From assembly GCA_950097015.1 (NCBI GenBank), contig CATNEN010000038.1, positions 7,440,001-7,504,000 on the forward strand: DNA of 64,000 nucleotides, given 5' to 3'. A program made the position numbers and the translations under genes. This stretch comes from Macrostomum hystrix (taxonomy: Eukaryota; Animalia; Platyhelminthes). The notes under the pieces were generated by a model. It had not been told where the DNA came from, ran no database searches, and worked only from the letters and a program-made list of their open reading frames with translations. Shown here piece after piece: positions 32,480-45,529 of the stretch; within the stretch, counting starts at the first letter, position 1; each line of letters opens with the position of its first letter.

Positions 32480-32706
32480 TTGCTGTTCAGTTGTCCATGG
32501 ACTGGAGCCGGGGTGGGACGCCAAACCCACCCTCGACAGCTATATTACCCCAACTGATGCTGATACCGATGTAACGGCTGGTTCTACTAAAGTAAGACAG
32601 AATTATTAAGTGTCTGCATGCTAAAAAGGGCACACAGTTCCAGTTGAATCTGGAATCGAACCTCCGACCTTCAACTCGTTGACGCTCTGACCACTAGACT
32701 ACAACC
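32480..32706 (-). mobile_element. SINE family B (CORE-like)
   Basis: Minus strand GGTTGTAGTCTAGTGGTCAGAGCG...GAAGGTCGGAGGTTCGATTCC (A/B boxes); body aligns with 19180-19390. Confidence 0.75.
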
Positions 32707-33201
32707 ACCACTTAGCGAATTTACTTTTTGTATAACGTTATCTTAATAATTTTTTGCTTTATTAAATTAAACGACAAAATCTGCAGAGAAAAACTACAAA
32801 TAAAAAAATATGTATTTAAAAAGTTATACTTCCATGCTAGTCGAAAATCTGCCAATGAAGCGTGGAAAAAGTATAAAGCAATAGAAACTATTAAGTGCAG
32901 TTTTCTGACATGAAAATTCTAAAAAATCAATCTCGCACCGAAGTGAACCCGCGAGAATCCTAGCTTGACCTTAGAATTTAGGATGTTCAGATTCTATAGT
33001 GCAAATAACCACTGTATAAAATGACACGCGCTTATACCACACTAAAGGCTAGTTGCTTCTTAGAAAATGAATATCTCAAGAACTGTTTATTTAGTGGCGA
33101 TGCTGTTGGTTAAGTTCAATGTATCGAAAGTAGGAAGACAAGTAAGCTAGTAGTACTAAACTATCAGAGTCTCCTTACAGTCGCTGCGCGTACTGAGTAT
33201 T

Positions 33202-34443
33202 TCAGGTCGGCGAGTCCAGATCATCGACGTAGACCCGCTTTATGGACTTGCTGCTCTGACCCAGGCCGCCGGTCACGTAGAATTGCGGAAATCTGTCGTC
33301 GAATTGCCGGCAACACTTCTCCAGGCTGTGCAGATCCGGGGCCTGGATTGTTACGGTTCGAGTCCGCGCCAGACCGTTGCCGTTGGGCCTCGGCCGTTCG
33401 AGTCGAATCTGGGTATCGCACGATCGGGCGATGGCTTCAATCCGCCGGTCGTCCGGATCTGTGAAGATGCGCATCGTTGCGAAATTGTCCGGGATTCGAA
33501 AGCTGTACTTGTACACCACGGAGCGGAAGTTAACAGATTCAGCAACCCGCAGCTCTTCCAGGTTGCCGCGAACAATGTCTTTTCGCTGCTGCTGACTGGT
33601 TGAGCCTGTTAGAAGCTGGTCGACGTCTGTCTTGTTTTGGCTGTAGGTTGCAGGCTGTTTGGTTGCAAGCTGGCCAACAGACACCGACCTACACGACATT
33701 CTGTCGCTTGAATTCTGCTGCTGTTGCTGCAGGCGAGCATTGTAGCTGTGCTGCTGCTGCTTTGGTGGAGGTTCGGCGATGAATGTTACCGGACCGTCGT
33801 CCAGTTCGATATCATCATCATCATCCTCTTCTACAGTATCGTCATCCTCATCTTCGTCTGGGTAGCCGGACGCAGATGTAACTAATTGGTCTTGCTGCTG
33901 GTCACCGTCACCCTTTTTGTGAAGATAGGTATTCGCTTCAGCAGTGCAGTTGCTTGCTTTGTAAACGCAGCTTGTACATGTGTGACAGCTGCTGTTGCTG
34001 CTGCAGTTGCTGCGGCTACAGTCGCCTCTTGTTCTTCTACTGCTAGAGTTTTCACTGCAGCTGCTGCTGCCAGATGCAGTGTTGTTGTATTCATTGTTGC
34101 TGAGCTTGCCAATGCCAGCATCGAAGCCGCAACTGTTGCCTTCCTGGCTAGAGTCTGACGACGTTTGGCCAAAAGTTGTGAGCGGCTGCGTTACAAAGTC
34201 TGATTCTGCATTTCTCGACTTGTCCATCGACCTGTTGCGCGCTCCGTCTCCGCGTCCAAAAAAATTAGTCCACTTTTTGAGTCGCTGCGTTGCCCGACTG
34301 ACTTGCGTCGCCCGGTCGCTCTCCTCGAACCCCTCTGAGCATTCGCCGCATTCCTCGTGGTCATTAGGGGCCGGTTCGCAGTCTGGCAGTTTCTTGAGCT
34401 CTCCAGCCCGCGGTCGGAACATTCTGCGCAGTGCTGACAGCAT
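33202..34443 (-). CDS. Intronless 413-aa protein: low-complexity N-terminus plus C-terminal KH-like domain
   Basis: Long ORF with ATG in CGCAG|CCAGCCATG context; Ser/Cys-rich, Asp-rich and Gln-rich tracts. C-terminal YKYSFRIPDN...IEAIARSCDTQIRL...RTVTIQAPDLHSLEKCCRQFD follows the type I KH pattern but lacks GxxG. Confidence 0.7.
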   Translation of the reverse strand: MLSALRRMFRPRAGELKKLPDCEPAPNDHEECGECSEGFEESDRATQVSRATQRLKKWTNFFGRGDGARNRSMDKSRNAESDFVTQPLTTFGQTSSDSSQEGNSCGFDAGIGKLSNNEYNNTASGSSSCSENSSSRRTRGDCSRSNCSSNSSCHTCTSCVYKASNCTAEANTYLHKKGDGDQQQDQLVTSASGYPDEDEDDDTVEEDDDDDIELDDGPVTFIAEPPPKQQQHSYNARLQQQQQNSSDRMSCRSVSVGQLATKQPATYSQNKTDVDQLLTGSTSQQQRKDIVRGNLEELRVAESVNFRSVVYKYSFRIPDNFATMRIFTDPDDRRIEAIARSCDTQIRLERPRPNGNGLARTRTVTIQAPDLHSLEKCCRQFDDRFPQFYVTGGLGQSSKSIKRVYVDDLDSPT

Positions 34444-35212
34444 GGCTGGCTGCGAGGTTCTTATTTTATTACTTTAATCTTATATATAATATTCAATCTT
34501 ATTTTTTGTCGAGGCTATGCCCCTTTCATACATTAGAGCTAAAATGAAAATGCATTTCTTGCCTTATCCAGTTTGCTGCTTCTATGGTGTTTCAGCCATA
34601 GACTGTTTCCATTTTTTCGATTCTAAAGTACATCCTACATTAAACACATTTTCTATATTGCTCTCTGTAGATTGCACATACGCTCGTATATTGGTATCAC
34701 AGATTACGAGCTCGTACATATGATTCATATAGCTGAAATTAATAAAATATGCCATTTTAGTGACCTACTGAGTCATTCAGACATCACCAAGCCCACTTTA
34801 TCAGCTATATCCTGCTGAGCGTTTTCGCATTACGGTCAATACCCATAATTGATATTGGTCAACCATAATCCAACCAGTATAGGGTTGGCTGAAGCAAATA
34901 AAAGCCGATGCATTGTTGCCTGGGCTAACGATGAATTCAGTTAGTTCAGCCTGCTGTCCTGGAAGCTGCCGCGTCTTCTGGAACGTCAACAACACATCTG
35001 AGATAATTGAAAACTCCGATTACTTAGTGATCGAGATAGAACATTGTTTTTAATTAGTAATTCCGTAATCATCATATTGTTTCTCCCTTGGTTACAAGGA
35101 CTCACGAATCGGGATATTTTTACAACGTTCGCAATGTTATCGGGTCGATAAAGTATTTGGGTTTCATTACTTTCAACATTAGTTGAGGATCATCGATTTA
35201 TAACTCTAGACC

Positions 35213-35265
35213 CAGAGTGGCAGAGCGGTCAATGCGTTTGCTTCTTTGGGGCGCAGCCGCGAAGA
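35213..35265 (+). mobile_element. SINE family A, short remnant
   Basis: GAGTGGCAGAGCGGTCAATGCGTTTGC matches the family A head. Confidence 0.5.
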
Positions 35266-35612
35266 GAACGCTTGGGAGCATGCCGTGCATTTGCGCCATC
35301 AAAGGGATAAACTATTTAATGTATTAACGCTTAGCAGTTGTAGTAACTCAAAGGCTGCTCACAGGTGAGCCACTTAGAAAGGAGTTAAGAACATTGTCCA
35401 AACGATGCCCCAACACGGACTAATTTATTTCAAGAGTTTTTAGCTTGCTCACTTATCGAATCATAAGGAAAGTTATTTCAGCGAACCCCAGAAACTAAAG
35501 GTACCGATACAATGGCACAGATAAAAAGAACGTTGAACAGGAATTTACAAATAGCAAGCATTGAACCCTTATGAAGTCTAGCTGCAATGCACAGGCAAAG
35601 GCATTGTCACGC

Positions 35613-38600
35613 TCAGTCTGAGTCGTCGGATCCTGAAGAAATCTTCGGACCGGCCACCTCGGCGTCTTCGTCATCATCGCTGCTGGACAGCACCGCGGCG
35701 CGTCGCTGCTTCGTCGGCGACGCACCGACAACGGCAGCGGAATCGACGGCAGGTGCGACAGAATCACCGCCGGCTCCATCAGCGTTGTCCTCTGACTCGG
35801 ACCCCGATGATAATAGCTTGGAGCGCTGAACCCGAGCCGCGGCACCGGTGTCCGAATCCGAGTCAGAACCGCGGCGACCGCCGTCCGAGTCGGAGCCATC
35901 CGATGATGCACCCGAAGACGAATCGCCGCCAGCGCCGCCGCCAAAAATGCTGGCAGCCGTGCGGGCCGCCTCCGAGGACATCATCGCCTTCCGCTTGCTG
36001 CGCTGTCGCTGCTGCTTCTTCTTGGATTTGGCTTTGCTGGCTCCACGCTGCGACTTCTGCTGCTGACGTTGACGCTTGGCGCCTGAGGCGGAGGTGGCCG
36101 ACTGCTTCCGCTTGCGCTTACGGCCGGCACCGTCCTCATCGTCACCGTCGGACAAGTCGGAAGATGAGGCCGACGACGAACCGGACGATGCAATAGCAGG
36201 CCGGGGAGTGGCCGACACCTTCGGGCGAGTCGCCGAATCATTGTTGCCATTGTTTTCCTCCTCGTCGGAGGAAGACGACGATGACGACGATGAGCTGCCG
36301 CTGCTGCTGACGAAGGCCCTAGACTTGACGTTCTCCCGCTGGCGCTTAGTCAGGCCGTCTTCGTCGTCAGCCGCCGATGCCGCAGCCTGATGGCGACGCC
36401 GCTGCTTGGACTCGCTGCCGACGCCGCCACGTCGCCGTTTTCGCTTGCTGCCGCCGGCCTCTTCGTCGCCGCTCATTTCGGCGGCGGCAGATCGTCGACC
36501 AGATTTGCCGCCACTGGCCGGTGGTTCGGCCAGCTGAATCAGCGGCGTCTCCAGCAGCTGCCGGTTGCGCTCCAGCACCAGGCGGCGGGCCTCTCGGATG
36601 GCCAGGTCGCGCTCGGCCTCTCGCTGTCGCCGCTCCTCGGCTTCGCGCTGCTCCCGCTCGCGCAGCTCGGCAATGCGGGCGGCCTGCTCTTCGCGGGCGG
36701 CCTTCTCGCGCTCGTCCAGCTGGCGCGCCCGACGAACGTGATAATCGGCCTGCCGCAGCAGGTCGGCGCAGGCCACCGCCTCGCGGCCGGCTCCTGGAAA
36801 GCTGACCCCGCCGGAGGCTGCCGAGGTGCCACTGCCAGAAGCGGCCACGTCGGCCAGCCAGCGGAATGAGCGCTGCGCCAGTTTGAGATCCTCCACCGCG
36901 GATTGCACCTAGATTGGGAGACAATAGATGTCTGGGAGCTAGTTTTCTGTTGGGACATCAGGCTAATACGAGTAATAATAATAACAAAAATAATTGCAGG
37001 AGGGCCGCGGTCAATGGCACATTATTTGGTGACGCTAGACCAGAAGCCAGCGAGAAGGCAATTCTGGGAATTTCGCTGACTCCTGAGCACACACGCACAC
37101 AGATACCGTATGCAGGCACACACTCACACAGGTGTGTACATCTGCCCCGTCTTTCTCATCGTCAGACAGTGTACACTCTCCCTGTGCTTTGGAGGTTGGC
37201 ACACAAGGGCGTAAATTTTACGACAAGCCCTCAGCCTTTTTCTATGTGGCCTCCCCGCGGATTCGAGGTCAGGGACATTGGTGCGAGAGGCACCGCTCAC
37301 CGCTCACCGCTCTGTCACTCACCCCGGACATCAGGCTACCTGATAGACTCTTAAACCAAGGGTCCGCTGTACGATCCGATTTATCGAGTCCATGGACTTT
37401 GGGGCCACAGCACCCACTTAAATTGCTTCTGTTTGGACTGGGATTCGAACTCCCGACCTATTTAGTAGAATTTCGAAAGTCCAACCACTGGGCAACAAAG
37501 GCTTGAAAAAAAACGAATTCGCAGTTTCGCTTCCCAGCAGACTCACATGAGCATAGGAGCTCTTCTCGTCCTGCAGCGTCACGGAAGCCAGGCGCTGCTG
37601 CACCAGGGCCAGGTTGTAAATCACAGTGTGGTCAGCCGGATGAGCGTGCTTGGCCCGGAGCAGCACTGTGCGGCACTGGCGCAGCTGGCCGGCTTTGAAG
37701 TGAGCCCTAGCCAGGTACTGCAGCAGCTCCAGGTTGTTGTGCCGCTGGAATTTCTTCATGCAGTTTTCGTACATCTGCACGGCGGCCACGAAAGACTTTT
37801 GCTCCACGTGGATGTGGGCGATGTTGATCCACACGTCGGCGAACTCCGCGGTGGCCTCGCGAACCTGGCGATTGAGATGAGACGAGAATAATTTGGAGTA
37901 CCAGGGCGAGCTTGAGTCATTCTGCCACCTAGGGCTGTAAGAACTTGATGATCTAATGTCATACAAATATGTGTTGTGTTACTCCAAAACTACAGGCAGT
38001 CACACCAAACTACTGACAACACCTCACACATTGCAGTCAGTCACTCACACATTACAGACAGGCACTCACACATTACAGTCAGTCACTCACACATTATAGT
38101 CCCTCACACACAGCAGACAGGCACTCTGAAATTACAGACCGGCACTCACACATTACAGACATCACTAACACATTACAGACATCACTAACACATTATAGAC
38201 AGGCACTCACACATTACAGACATCACTAGCACATTATAGACATCACTAACACATTATAGACAGGCACTCACACATTACAGACATCACTAACACATTATTG
38301 ACAGGCACTCACACATTATAGACAGGCACTCACACATTACAGACATCACTAACACATTATTGACAGGCACTCACACATTACAGACAGGCACTCACACATT
38401 ACAGACAGGCATTCACACATTACAGACAGGCATTCACACATTACAGACATCACTAACACATTACTGACAGGCACTCACACATTACAGACATCACTAACAC
38501 ATTACAGACAGGCACTCACACATTACCAGTCAAAAACAGGCAACTCACCTGAGCGAACACATCCCTGGCCTCGTTGATGTAGCCCTTGTGAGCCAGCACG

Positions 38601-41600
38601 CAGCCGATGCCGTGCGCGGCCCAGATATTTCTGGGATCCTGGCGTAGCACAGTTTTGTACATACTGAGAGCCCGCTCCTGATGCCGGCGCTCCTTATCTT
38701 TGTCGCGCGCAGTCTGGTGATGCAGAGTCTGTAGCCAGATGTTGCCAAGGGCAATATGCGCGTAGGCGTCATTTGCGTGGGCAGGCTGCTGGACAATGCG
38801 CTCGAATTTCTTCTGGGCAGGTCCGTACTCGTGCTTGCTCATATGCAGCATGCCGATCAGGGTCCACGCGTCCGGATGCTCTTGATCCACCTGGGGAATG
38901 GACAGGTGCAACAGGTAAACTACTGGTAAGACATTAGCGGTATACTGATATCATTTTACCTTAGTTCACCGGTATGATAATTAAAGGTCTCAATCAACCA
39001 ATTTCCCCAGACCTCACCGGTATGACAGGTAACCACAGGTCTAAATCAATATGTTCCCTTGACCTCACCGGTATGACAGGTAACCACAGGTCTAAATCAA
39101 TATGTTCCCTTGACAACACCGGTATGACAGGTAAACACAGGTCTAAAGCTACCAGTTTCCACCTAACCTCATCGGTATGACAGGTAATCACAGGTCTAAA
39201 TCAATATGTTCCCTTGACCTCACCGGTATTACAGGTAATCACAGGTCTAAAGCTACCAGTTTCCACCTAACCTCATCGGTATGACAGGTAATCACAGGTC
39301 TAAATCAATATGTTCCCTTGACCTCACCGGTATGACAGGTAATCACAGGTCTAAAGCAACCAGTTTCCCCTGACCTCACTAGTATGACAGGTATACTTTA
39401 TATTGAAGTAAAAATAGCAAATCAATCTGAATCTAGCTGCACTAGGCACAAAAAAGATCTTACGTTAAGCGCGTCCTTGAACCAATCGGAAGCGTCGTAG
39501 ATCTGACCCCGGTCCCTAGCCAAGCTGCCGAGGCGCAGGTAGCAGTCTGCATAGTTGGTGTGCTCTTTTAGTACAGCCTTGTAAAGCATCTCAGACTTGT
39601 CGTGCTCAAATATGGTCTCATAAAGGCGGGCCAGGTTGTAGCGCAGGGTGACAGTGATGGAGCCGTAGTAGCGCTCGTCGTTCTGACGCTCGCGATCGCA
39701 GTAGGCGAGAGCCTAGAGGAGGACAGATATTAGAATAGATCAGTGGTCGACAACGTTGCCCCTTGCAACACCTACAGTATCCTGTCTCATCTTTCCCGTC
39801 TCGTCTCTCCCGTGTCTTCTCTGTCCTGTATCTTATCTCTCCACGGTCTCGTCTCTCCTCTGTCTCATCTGTCCTGTATCTTATCTCTCCACGGTCTCGT
39901 CTCTCCTCTGTCTCATCTGTCCTGTGTCTTATCTCTCCACGGTCTCGCCTCCCTATCTCGTCCATCCTGTGACTCATCTCTCCCCTTTCTCATATTCCTA
40001 GCTAATGCGGCCCGCTGTCGTCTTTTAGGATCTCTCCGTGGCCCGCATGCTAGTAAGTTTGCCGGACCCTCGAATAGTTGAAGCTGTCATTAAGAATTTC
40101 ACGAATTGGCCGGTCGAGGTTGCCAAACCTACGATCGAACTCTCGACCTCTCAGTCAGAAGCTTTAACTGCTGTAGTAAAAGCTCACCTGCTGATAGCAC
40201 TCCATGGCTTCCTGGTGAGCGCCCTGTTGGAACAGCAGCGAGGCCATGTTGTTGAGTATCTCTGGTGGCAGGTCCACTTGCACCTGCTCCTGCAGCAGCT
40301 TCACCGCGGTCCGATAGGCAGCCAGAGCCTCCTGCGGCTGCGGCTGCTCGAGAATCTGTCCGTACTCAATCCAGGCCTCCACATCGTCCGGGAACTGGTC
40401 CGTGACCTGCTTGAGGTAGCCGCGAGCTAGATGGCGCTTTTCAGCCTCCTTGCTCTGGCTGTAGATGCTGCCCAGAATCTTCAGAGTCTCATAGTTGCTA
40501 GGCGAAGCTTTGAGAACCTTCTCAAAGGCCAGGGCGGCGTTGTCCTGATCGCGGCGGTACAGGTACATTTGGCCCAGGCCGAAGAATGGCAGGATGAAGC
40601 TGGGCGAAGCAAACTGCGTGCTCTGGTAGTAGTACTGGAAGGCCTGGTCGAAGTCGCCCTGGACGTGATAGGCTCTGGCAAAGGCGGAGGCAGTTTCATA
40701 ATAAAGTTTACTAATTTAAGCACTTCGTCAGGTGCCTCAGTGCCCAGTAAAACTCTCCCTCAGGTGCTTCAGTGCCCAGTCAAACTCACCCTCAGGTGCC
40801 TCAGTGCCAAGTCAAACTCTCCCTTAAGTACCTCAGTGCCTACTCAAACTCTCCCTCAGGTGCTTCAGTGCCCTGTCAAACTCTTCCTCAGGTGCCCAGT
40901 CAAACTCTTTCTCAGATGCCTACTCAAACTCTCCCTCAGGTGCCTCAGTGCCCAGTCAAGCTCTCCCTTAGGAACCTCAGAGCCCTGTCAACTTTTCGGG
41001 TAATGCTCAAATCTCACCTGGCCAGCTGGAAGCAGCTCTCAGCGCGCATAGCCTCATTGTCTGTATTGTGAAAGGCGTGCAAAGCTAAGCTTTGAACCTT
41101 GGCGTACTCCTTCTTATAAAAGAAATGATTGGCCAGGTGATTCAACACCGTGCTGTTAGTTGGATCGATGCGATAGGCTGTGGACAGGTGCTCCACACCT
41201 TTGCGAATAGACTCTGGCGATTTTTCATTTAACTCGGTGATGGCCACGCCAACCAAGGCGCCGACGCATTCGGGGTCGAGCGACAGGGCGCGCTGAAAGG
41301 CCGCCTTGGCGCGGTCCATTCGGCCTAGGCGGGCGTAGCAGTGGCCGAGGCCGAGGCGCACGTCGGCCGGACAGGTGGGGCACACCTGTTAATTACAATC
41401 ATAAATATAATTTTCGCACTATACTACTGCTTCTTACTAAAGTAGAGAGTAGCGTATATTTGACATAAATTTAATTACGTCAGTTATAAAACTCTGACCA
41501 CCTCACCTGCAGCGCCTTGGTGTAGAGTCCGAGGGCCTCTTTGTACCGGCGCTGATTAAAGGCAATGCAAGCCTCGCCAAGGATCGCCGGCACATTGTCT

Positions 41601-42885
41601 GACACCTGGTTAAGCACGTATTTAAACTGCTGCTCAGCTTGGCTCACATTCTCGCCCTCGTACAGGAAAAAGAAGGCGCGACCGAACAGATGCCGAACGT
41701 CCATCATGTTTATGCGGTCTGCGCTAGTATACAGAACTGTGGCCTGCGGGTTTGGTCGGGAAGGCTGTTATCAACATTCTTGGGTTAGGAGGGCTGTTAT
41801 CAACATTCTATGCTCAGGAGTTATCAACATTCTATGCTCAGGAGTTATCAACATTCTATGCTCAGGAGTTATCAACATTCTAGGCTCAGAAGGGCTGTTA
41901 TCAACATTCTTGGGTTAGGACTAGGAGGGCTGTTATCAACATTCTTGGGTTAGGAGGGCTGTTATCAACATTCTATGCTCAGGAGTTATCAACATTCTAG
42001 GCCCAGGAGGGCTGTTATCAACATTCTTGGGTTAGGACTAGGAGGGCTGTTATCAACATTCTTGGGTTAGGAGGCCTGTTATCAACATTCTTGGGTTAGG
42101 AGGGCTGTTATCAACATTCTATGCTCAGGAGTTATCAACATTCTTGGGTTAGGAGGGCTGTTATCAACATTCTATGCTCAGGAGTTATCAACATTCTAGG
42201 CCCAGGAGGGCTGTTATCAACATTCTTGGGTTAGGAGGGCTGTTATCAATATTCCAGGCTCAGGAAAGCTGTTGTCAATACTCTTGGTTTAGGATGGCTG
42301 TAATCTGTATTCTTGGGTTAGGAGGGCTGTTATCAATATTCTAGGCTCAGGAAAGCTGTTGTCAATAGTCTTAGTTTTCGATGGCTGTTATCAACATTCT
42401 ATGCTCAGGAGTTATCAACATTCTAGGCTCAGAAGGGCTGTTATCAACATTCTTGGGTTAGGACTAGGAGGGCTGTTATCAATATTCTTGGATCAGATAG
42501 GCTGTTATCAACATTCTAGGGTAAGACTCAAGAGTGTCAACAGTCTCACCTTGGTGAAGAGCTCACGCTTGAGGTCTCTGTTTTTCTGCTTGTGCGCCTT
42601 CTGCACATAGTAGGCCGCCAAGGAATCGAAGCAGCGCATTTGGTCCTCCTGCGAGTCCGCATAGTCTGTGCTCGCCTCGGTTCGAGCGGCGTCTAAAATG
42701 GTCTCAAACTGAGTATACTCGCCCTTCTTATAGTACTCAAGCGCCAGGTTGACCCACACATTTAGCGTTGCTGTCTCCTGGCGTAGAATGCTCAGTACTT
42801 CCTCGGCTGAAGGCAGCTGGTCAATGTCCAATTCAATGACTTCGTCTGTGTCCTTCAGTGGAATCTCGATTGTTTTAGAAGCCAT
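35613..42885 (-). CDS. CTR9: RNA polymerase-associated protein CTR9 (PAF1 complex TPR scaffold), 8 exons (~1210 aa)
   Basis: Exons 42885-42550, 41743-41507, 41385-41018, 40674-40188, 39712-39464, 38890-38549, 37864-37547, 36908-35613, all GT-AG and phase-compatible. [70 protein letters not shown]; Ser/Asp/Lys-rich tail. Confidence 0.97.
37000..37325 (-). mobile_element. SINE family A, near full length (CTR9 intron 7)
   Basis: Aligns along its length with 56620-56987, including AATGGCACATTATTTGGTGAC at the 3' end. Confidence 0.8.
38020..38525. repeat. 20/21-bp minisatellite (CACATTACAGACAGGCACTCA / CACATTACAGACATCACTAA) in CTR9 intron 6
   Basis: About 24 interleaved units. Confidence 0.92.
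39000..39390. repeat. ~51-bp minisatellite (CGGTATGACAGGTAACCACAGGTCTAAA...) in CTR9 intron 5
   Basis: About 7 units of two subtypes. Confidence 0.9.
39775..39965. repeat. 48-bp pyrimidine-rich repeat in CTR9 intron 4
   Basis: About 3.5 copies of CTGTCCTGTATCTTATCTCTCCACGGTCTCGTCTCTCC... Confidence 0.85.
40725..40990. repeat. ~32-bp degenerate minisatellite in CTR9 intron 3
   Basis: CTCAGGTGCCTCAGTGCCCAGTCAAACTCTCC units. Confidence 0.85.
41760..42520. repeat. Composite GTTATCAACATTCT-anchored minisatellite in CTR9 intron 1
   Basis: About 25 units of 25-35 bp sharing GTTATCAACATTCT. Confidence 0.92.
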
Positions 42886-44179
42886 GCTAGGATATTAAGC
42901 TGAAGTTTAACAGTAAAAGGTGTTGCATTTAATTGTCAAACCCAACGAAACTTTAAATTTATTAAAGTATATGTATATGTACTTTTTGTTTGGTTTTTTT
43001 GTTTTTGTTTTGAACTCTCTCACTTTAGTTTGGAATCTAACACTAAAGTAAACTCAATAATTGTCACATGTATTCAACCATCTTGGCTATTAGAGCAGGC
43101 TGAGTACATGAATAGCACTTGGCTTAACAAGCCAGTTCATTGGCTTATGAAGATCAGTGTGCACAGCCAGACTACTTAATTATTTTCTAAAAAGATTGCA
43201 CTACCAGCAACTGCAGGTGCAAGTTCATTACTTATGGGCCAAGTTTGGTGCCAGACAAATTTGTTTAAAGACTGCTAGAATGCTCACACATTCAACCAGC
43301 AACAGTAATACCACTGTCACTGAGTGGACAATGGTTTCATCCAATGCAATATATTTTTTTTCCACTTAAGACTTTATGGCTCATATGTGTTACCTTATTC
43401 TTTTTTAGAATTAGATGAAGTAAAAAAATGCTAAAATACTACATTTGCAACATTTTCCACAAACTTTGTGGCTCTAACCTATTGATTGATAATAATAAGT
43501 ATAGATTACTAACTCACTAAAAATGAGATAGACCAATTTGTAGACAGCACAGTGAATAATTTTTCATTGAGCCATTATTGGTATTGCTTTGTCTGCTTAT
43601 GTAATCATTTGTTTTACACCATACCCAATACGAAAATTTGCTTTCTGCACTACACCTTCTCACAAGTTTTGCTTCAAAAAACTTATATGCCAGATAGGGG
43701 CCTATCTTCATCAAGCAGCAAAGAAGCAGAGAAAGCACACTTTAAATGAGAATATCTAAAAAAATTCTTGACAAATTTGTGTGTATAAGGTGTCATTTTG
43801 TAGCAGGGACATGCATCAAGCAGTTGCGGCAGAATCTGATAAAATAATTGACCCATGCCTTTAGGTGAGGCAGAAATAGGATCATTAAGACATATCAAAA
43901 GACTAAAAATACCATCAAAATACACTTTAAAAGTTTATTCAGAAGCAAATCATTGGCAATACTATTTGTCCCACATATTTTTTTTCAAGTTTGGCATTAG
44001 AGTTGGGCATATACTCTGGCTCAAGAGTTAGGTTTTTGTTTTGATTTTTACTTGAAGTGAAAAATGTCTGTTGGGGAATCCATACTTAGTTACTGACATG
44101 TATTCATGAACTTGATGCAAAAATTCTAATAGAATAACTATAATCACTTCCCTATATTACAAAGAATTGACTAGAAATT

Positions 44180-44370
44180 TTAGGGCCTATACATATTTGG
44201 TCCCTGGACATGCCTTTGACTTTGGACAAGATTGAGCGGCAGATGCACATTGTTCACCACAATGCTGTAGACTGGGCCAATTTCTGCAGAGACATCTGCT
44301 GTGAGCACCTGCTTGCCAATCTGGTACAGCTAGGTGGCCCTGGGTACAAGGTGGAGATTGATTGAATCGT
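44180..44370 (+). pseudogene. Merlin / IS1595(ISXO2)-like transposase fragment
   Basis: 44258-44362 translates HNAVDWANFCRDICCEHLLANLVQLGGPGYKVEID, then a +1 frameshift before ES; matches the DW.NF.R..C...GGPG..VEIDES motif of Merlin transposases. Confidence 0.8.
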
Positions 44371-45529
44371 CAAATCACTTTTTGACGAAGCCCTACGATA
44401 AATGCCGAAGAGACTAGGCCCCCATACATGTGAAACCTCCTAAATCTTAGCCAGCCGTGCGACTTAGTTTTTGCTCTATTTACAACTTAGTAAGTTAGTT
44501 TGTTTCATTGCTCTATTTACGACTTAGTTTGCTCTCATTTGCTCTCTTTTTCTCTCCCCTTTTTCCTCTTCTTCACGCCTTCCTTTTTTGTCCCTTAGTC
44601 CCCCTTTGATTTTTTTCATTTGGTTGATTGTTTTTTGCAACTTACCTTGCTTGGCCCTCATTTCACCCGGCCAGTACAGCCAGGTCGGCCGGGTGTTGCG
44701 CATATATGTAGGCCCCTAGTCTACACCTACACCTGAAGCTGAAAGTAAAGGCATAGCCAGGCCAACTTTGTGATATAACTGTAGGCTGTAGCTTCAAGAA
44801 AGCTTAGAACTAAACTTAAAGCATTTCCTTGAAAGTAAATAAATAAGAGAGCTAAGGGGTTTGCTAAAAAACTTATGGGAAGTTATGCTGAACTAAGTTA
44901 GAAAAAATGTGGTAATATAACATATACATTTTTTCAAAAACTCTTCGGTACCATTAGCTAGGTTTATAAACGTTGATATGATAGCCCTAAAACATAAAAG
45001 GCCACGTCGTTAGCCTAGGCCTATTATGTAATAAAATTAGAGTTAGACATAAACTGGAAAGTCTGTTTATTTGTGTTATGTGTCAGAAGTTCAAAATAAA
45101 ATCATTGCAGGGTTTAGTAATTTTTTCAGAAAAAACCATAGTTATTTCACTGATTAATGAGCATGATCATGAGATCAAATATTTTCCTGTCAGTGTCAAT
45201 GAATGAATCGAGTTTCGAATCGAACATGACCATATTGTGATCAGATTCCGAAAAAATAGTTCTATGAAAGTTCCGTACCAACGTAATAAACACCGGAAAT
45301 AAAAAATATTGATTTAGGGAATAACATCGATATTTTTATTTTATGTGTCCTTTAAAAATATTCTCACCCTTCCACCCAGACTTTTTAAACTTAATTCTCT
45401 AGATTGATTTATTCATTTCTTACAACTGCCCCTCAATACTTTTTTCCTTCACTCTAATGCTACAACCAGCTCTGCTTCCACTCTCCTCGTCTATTCCCTC
45501 AAATAATTATTCTTCTTTATAAGCTCCAT

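Noticed and set aside
32012-32609. Small ORFs as an additional gene
   Set aside because: No recognisable protein; 32480-32706 is SINE B and no consistent exon chain was found.
32640-32706. tRNA gene (also 19330-19390 and 54300-54370)
   Set aside because: A/B boxes are present but there is no complete cloverleaf; each continues into a shared SINE body.
35495-36958. Many overlapping alternative-frame ORFs (also around 7800-8650 and 24380-24813)
   Set aside because: Shadow ORFs of GC-rich real exons (CTR9, WBP1-like, TACC).
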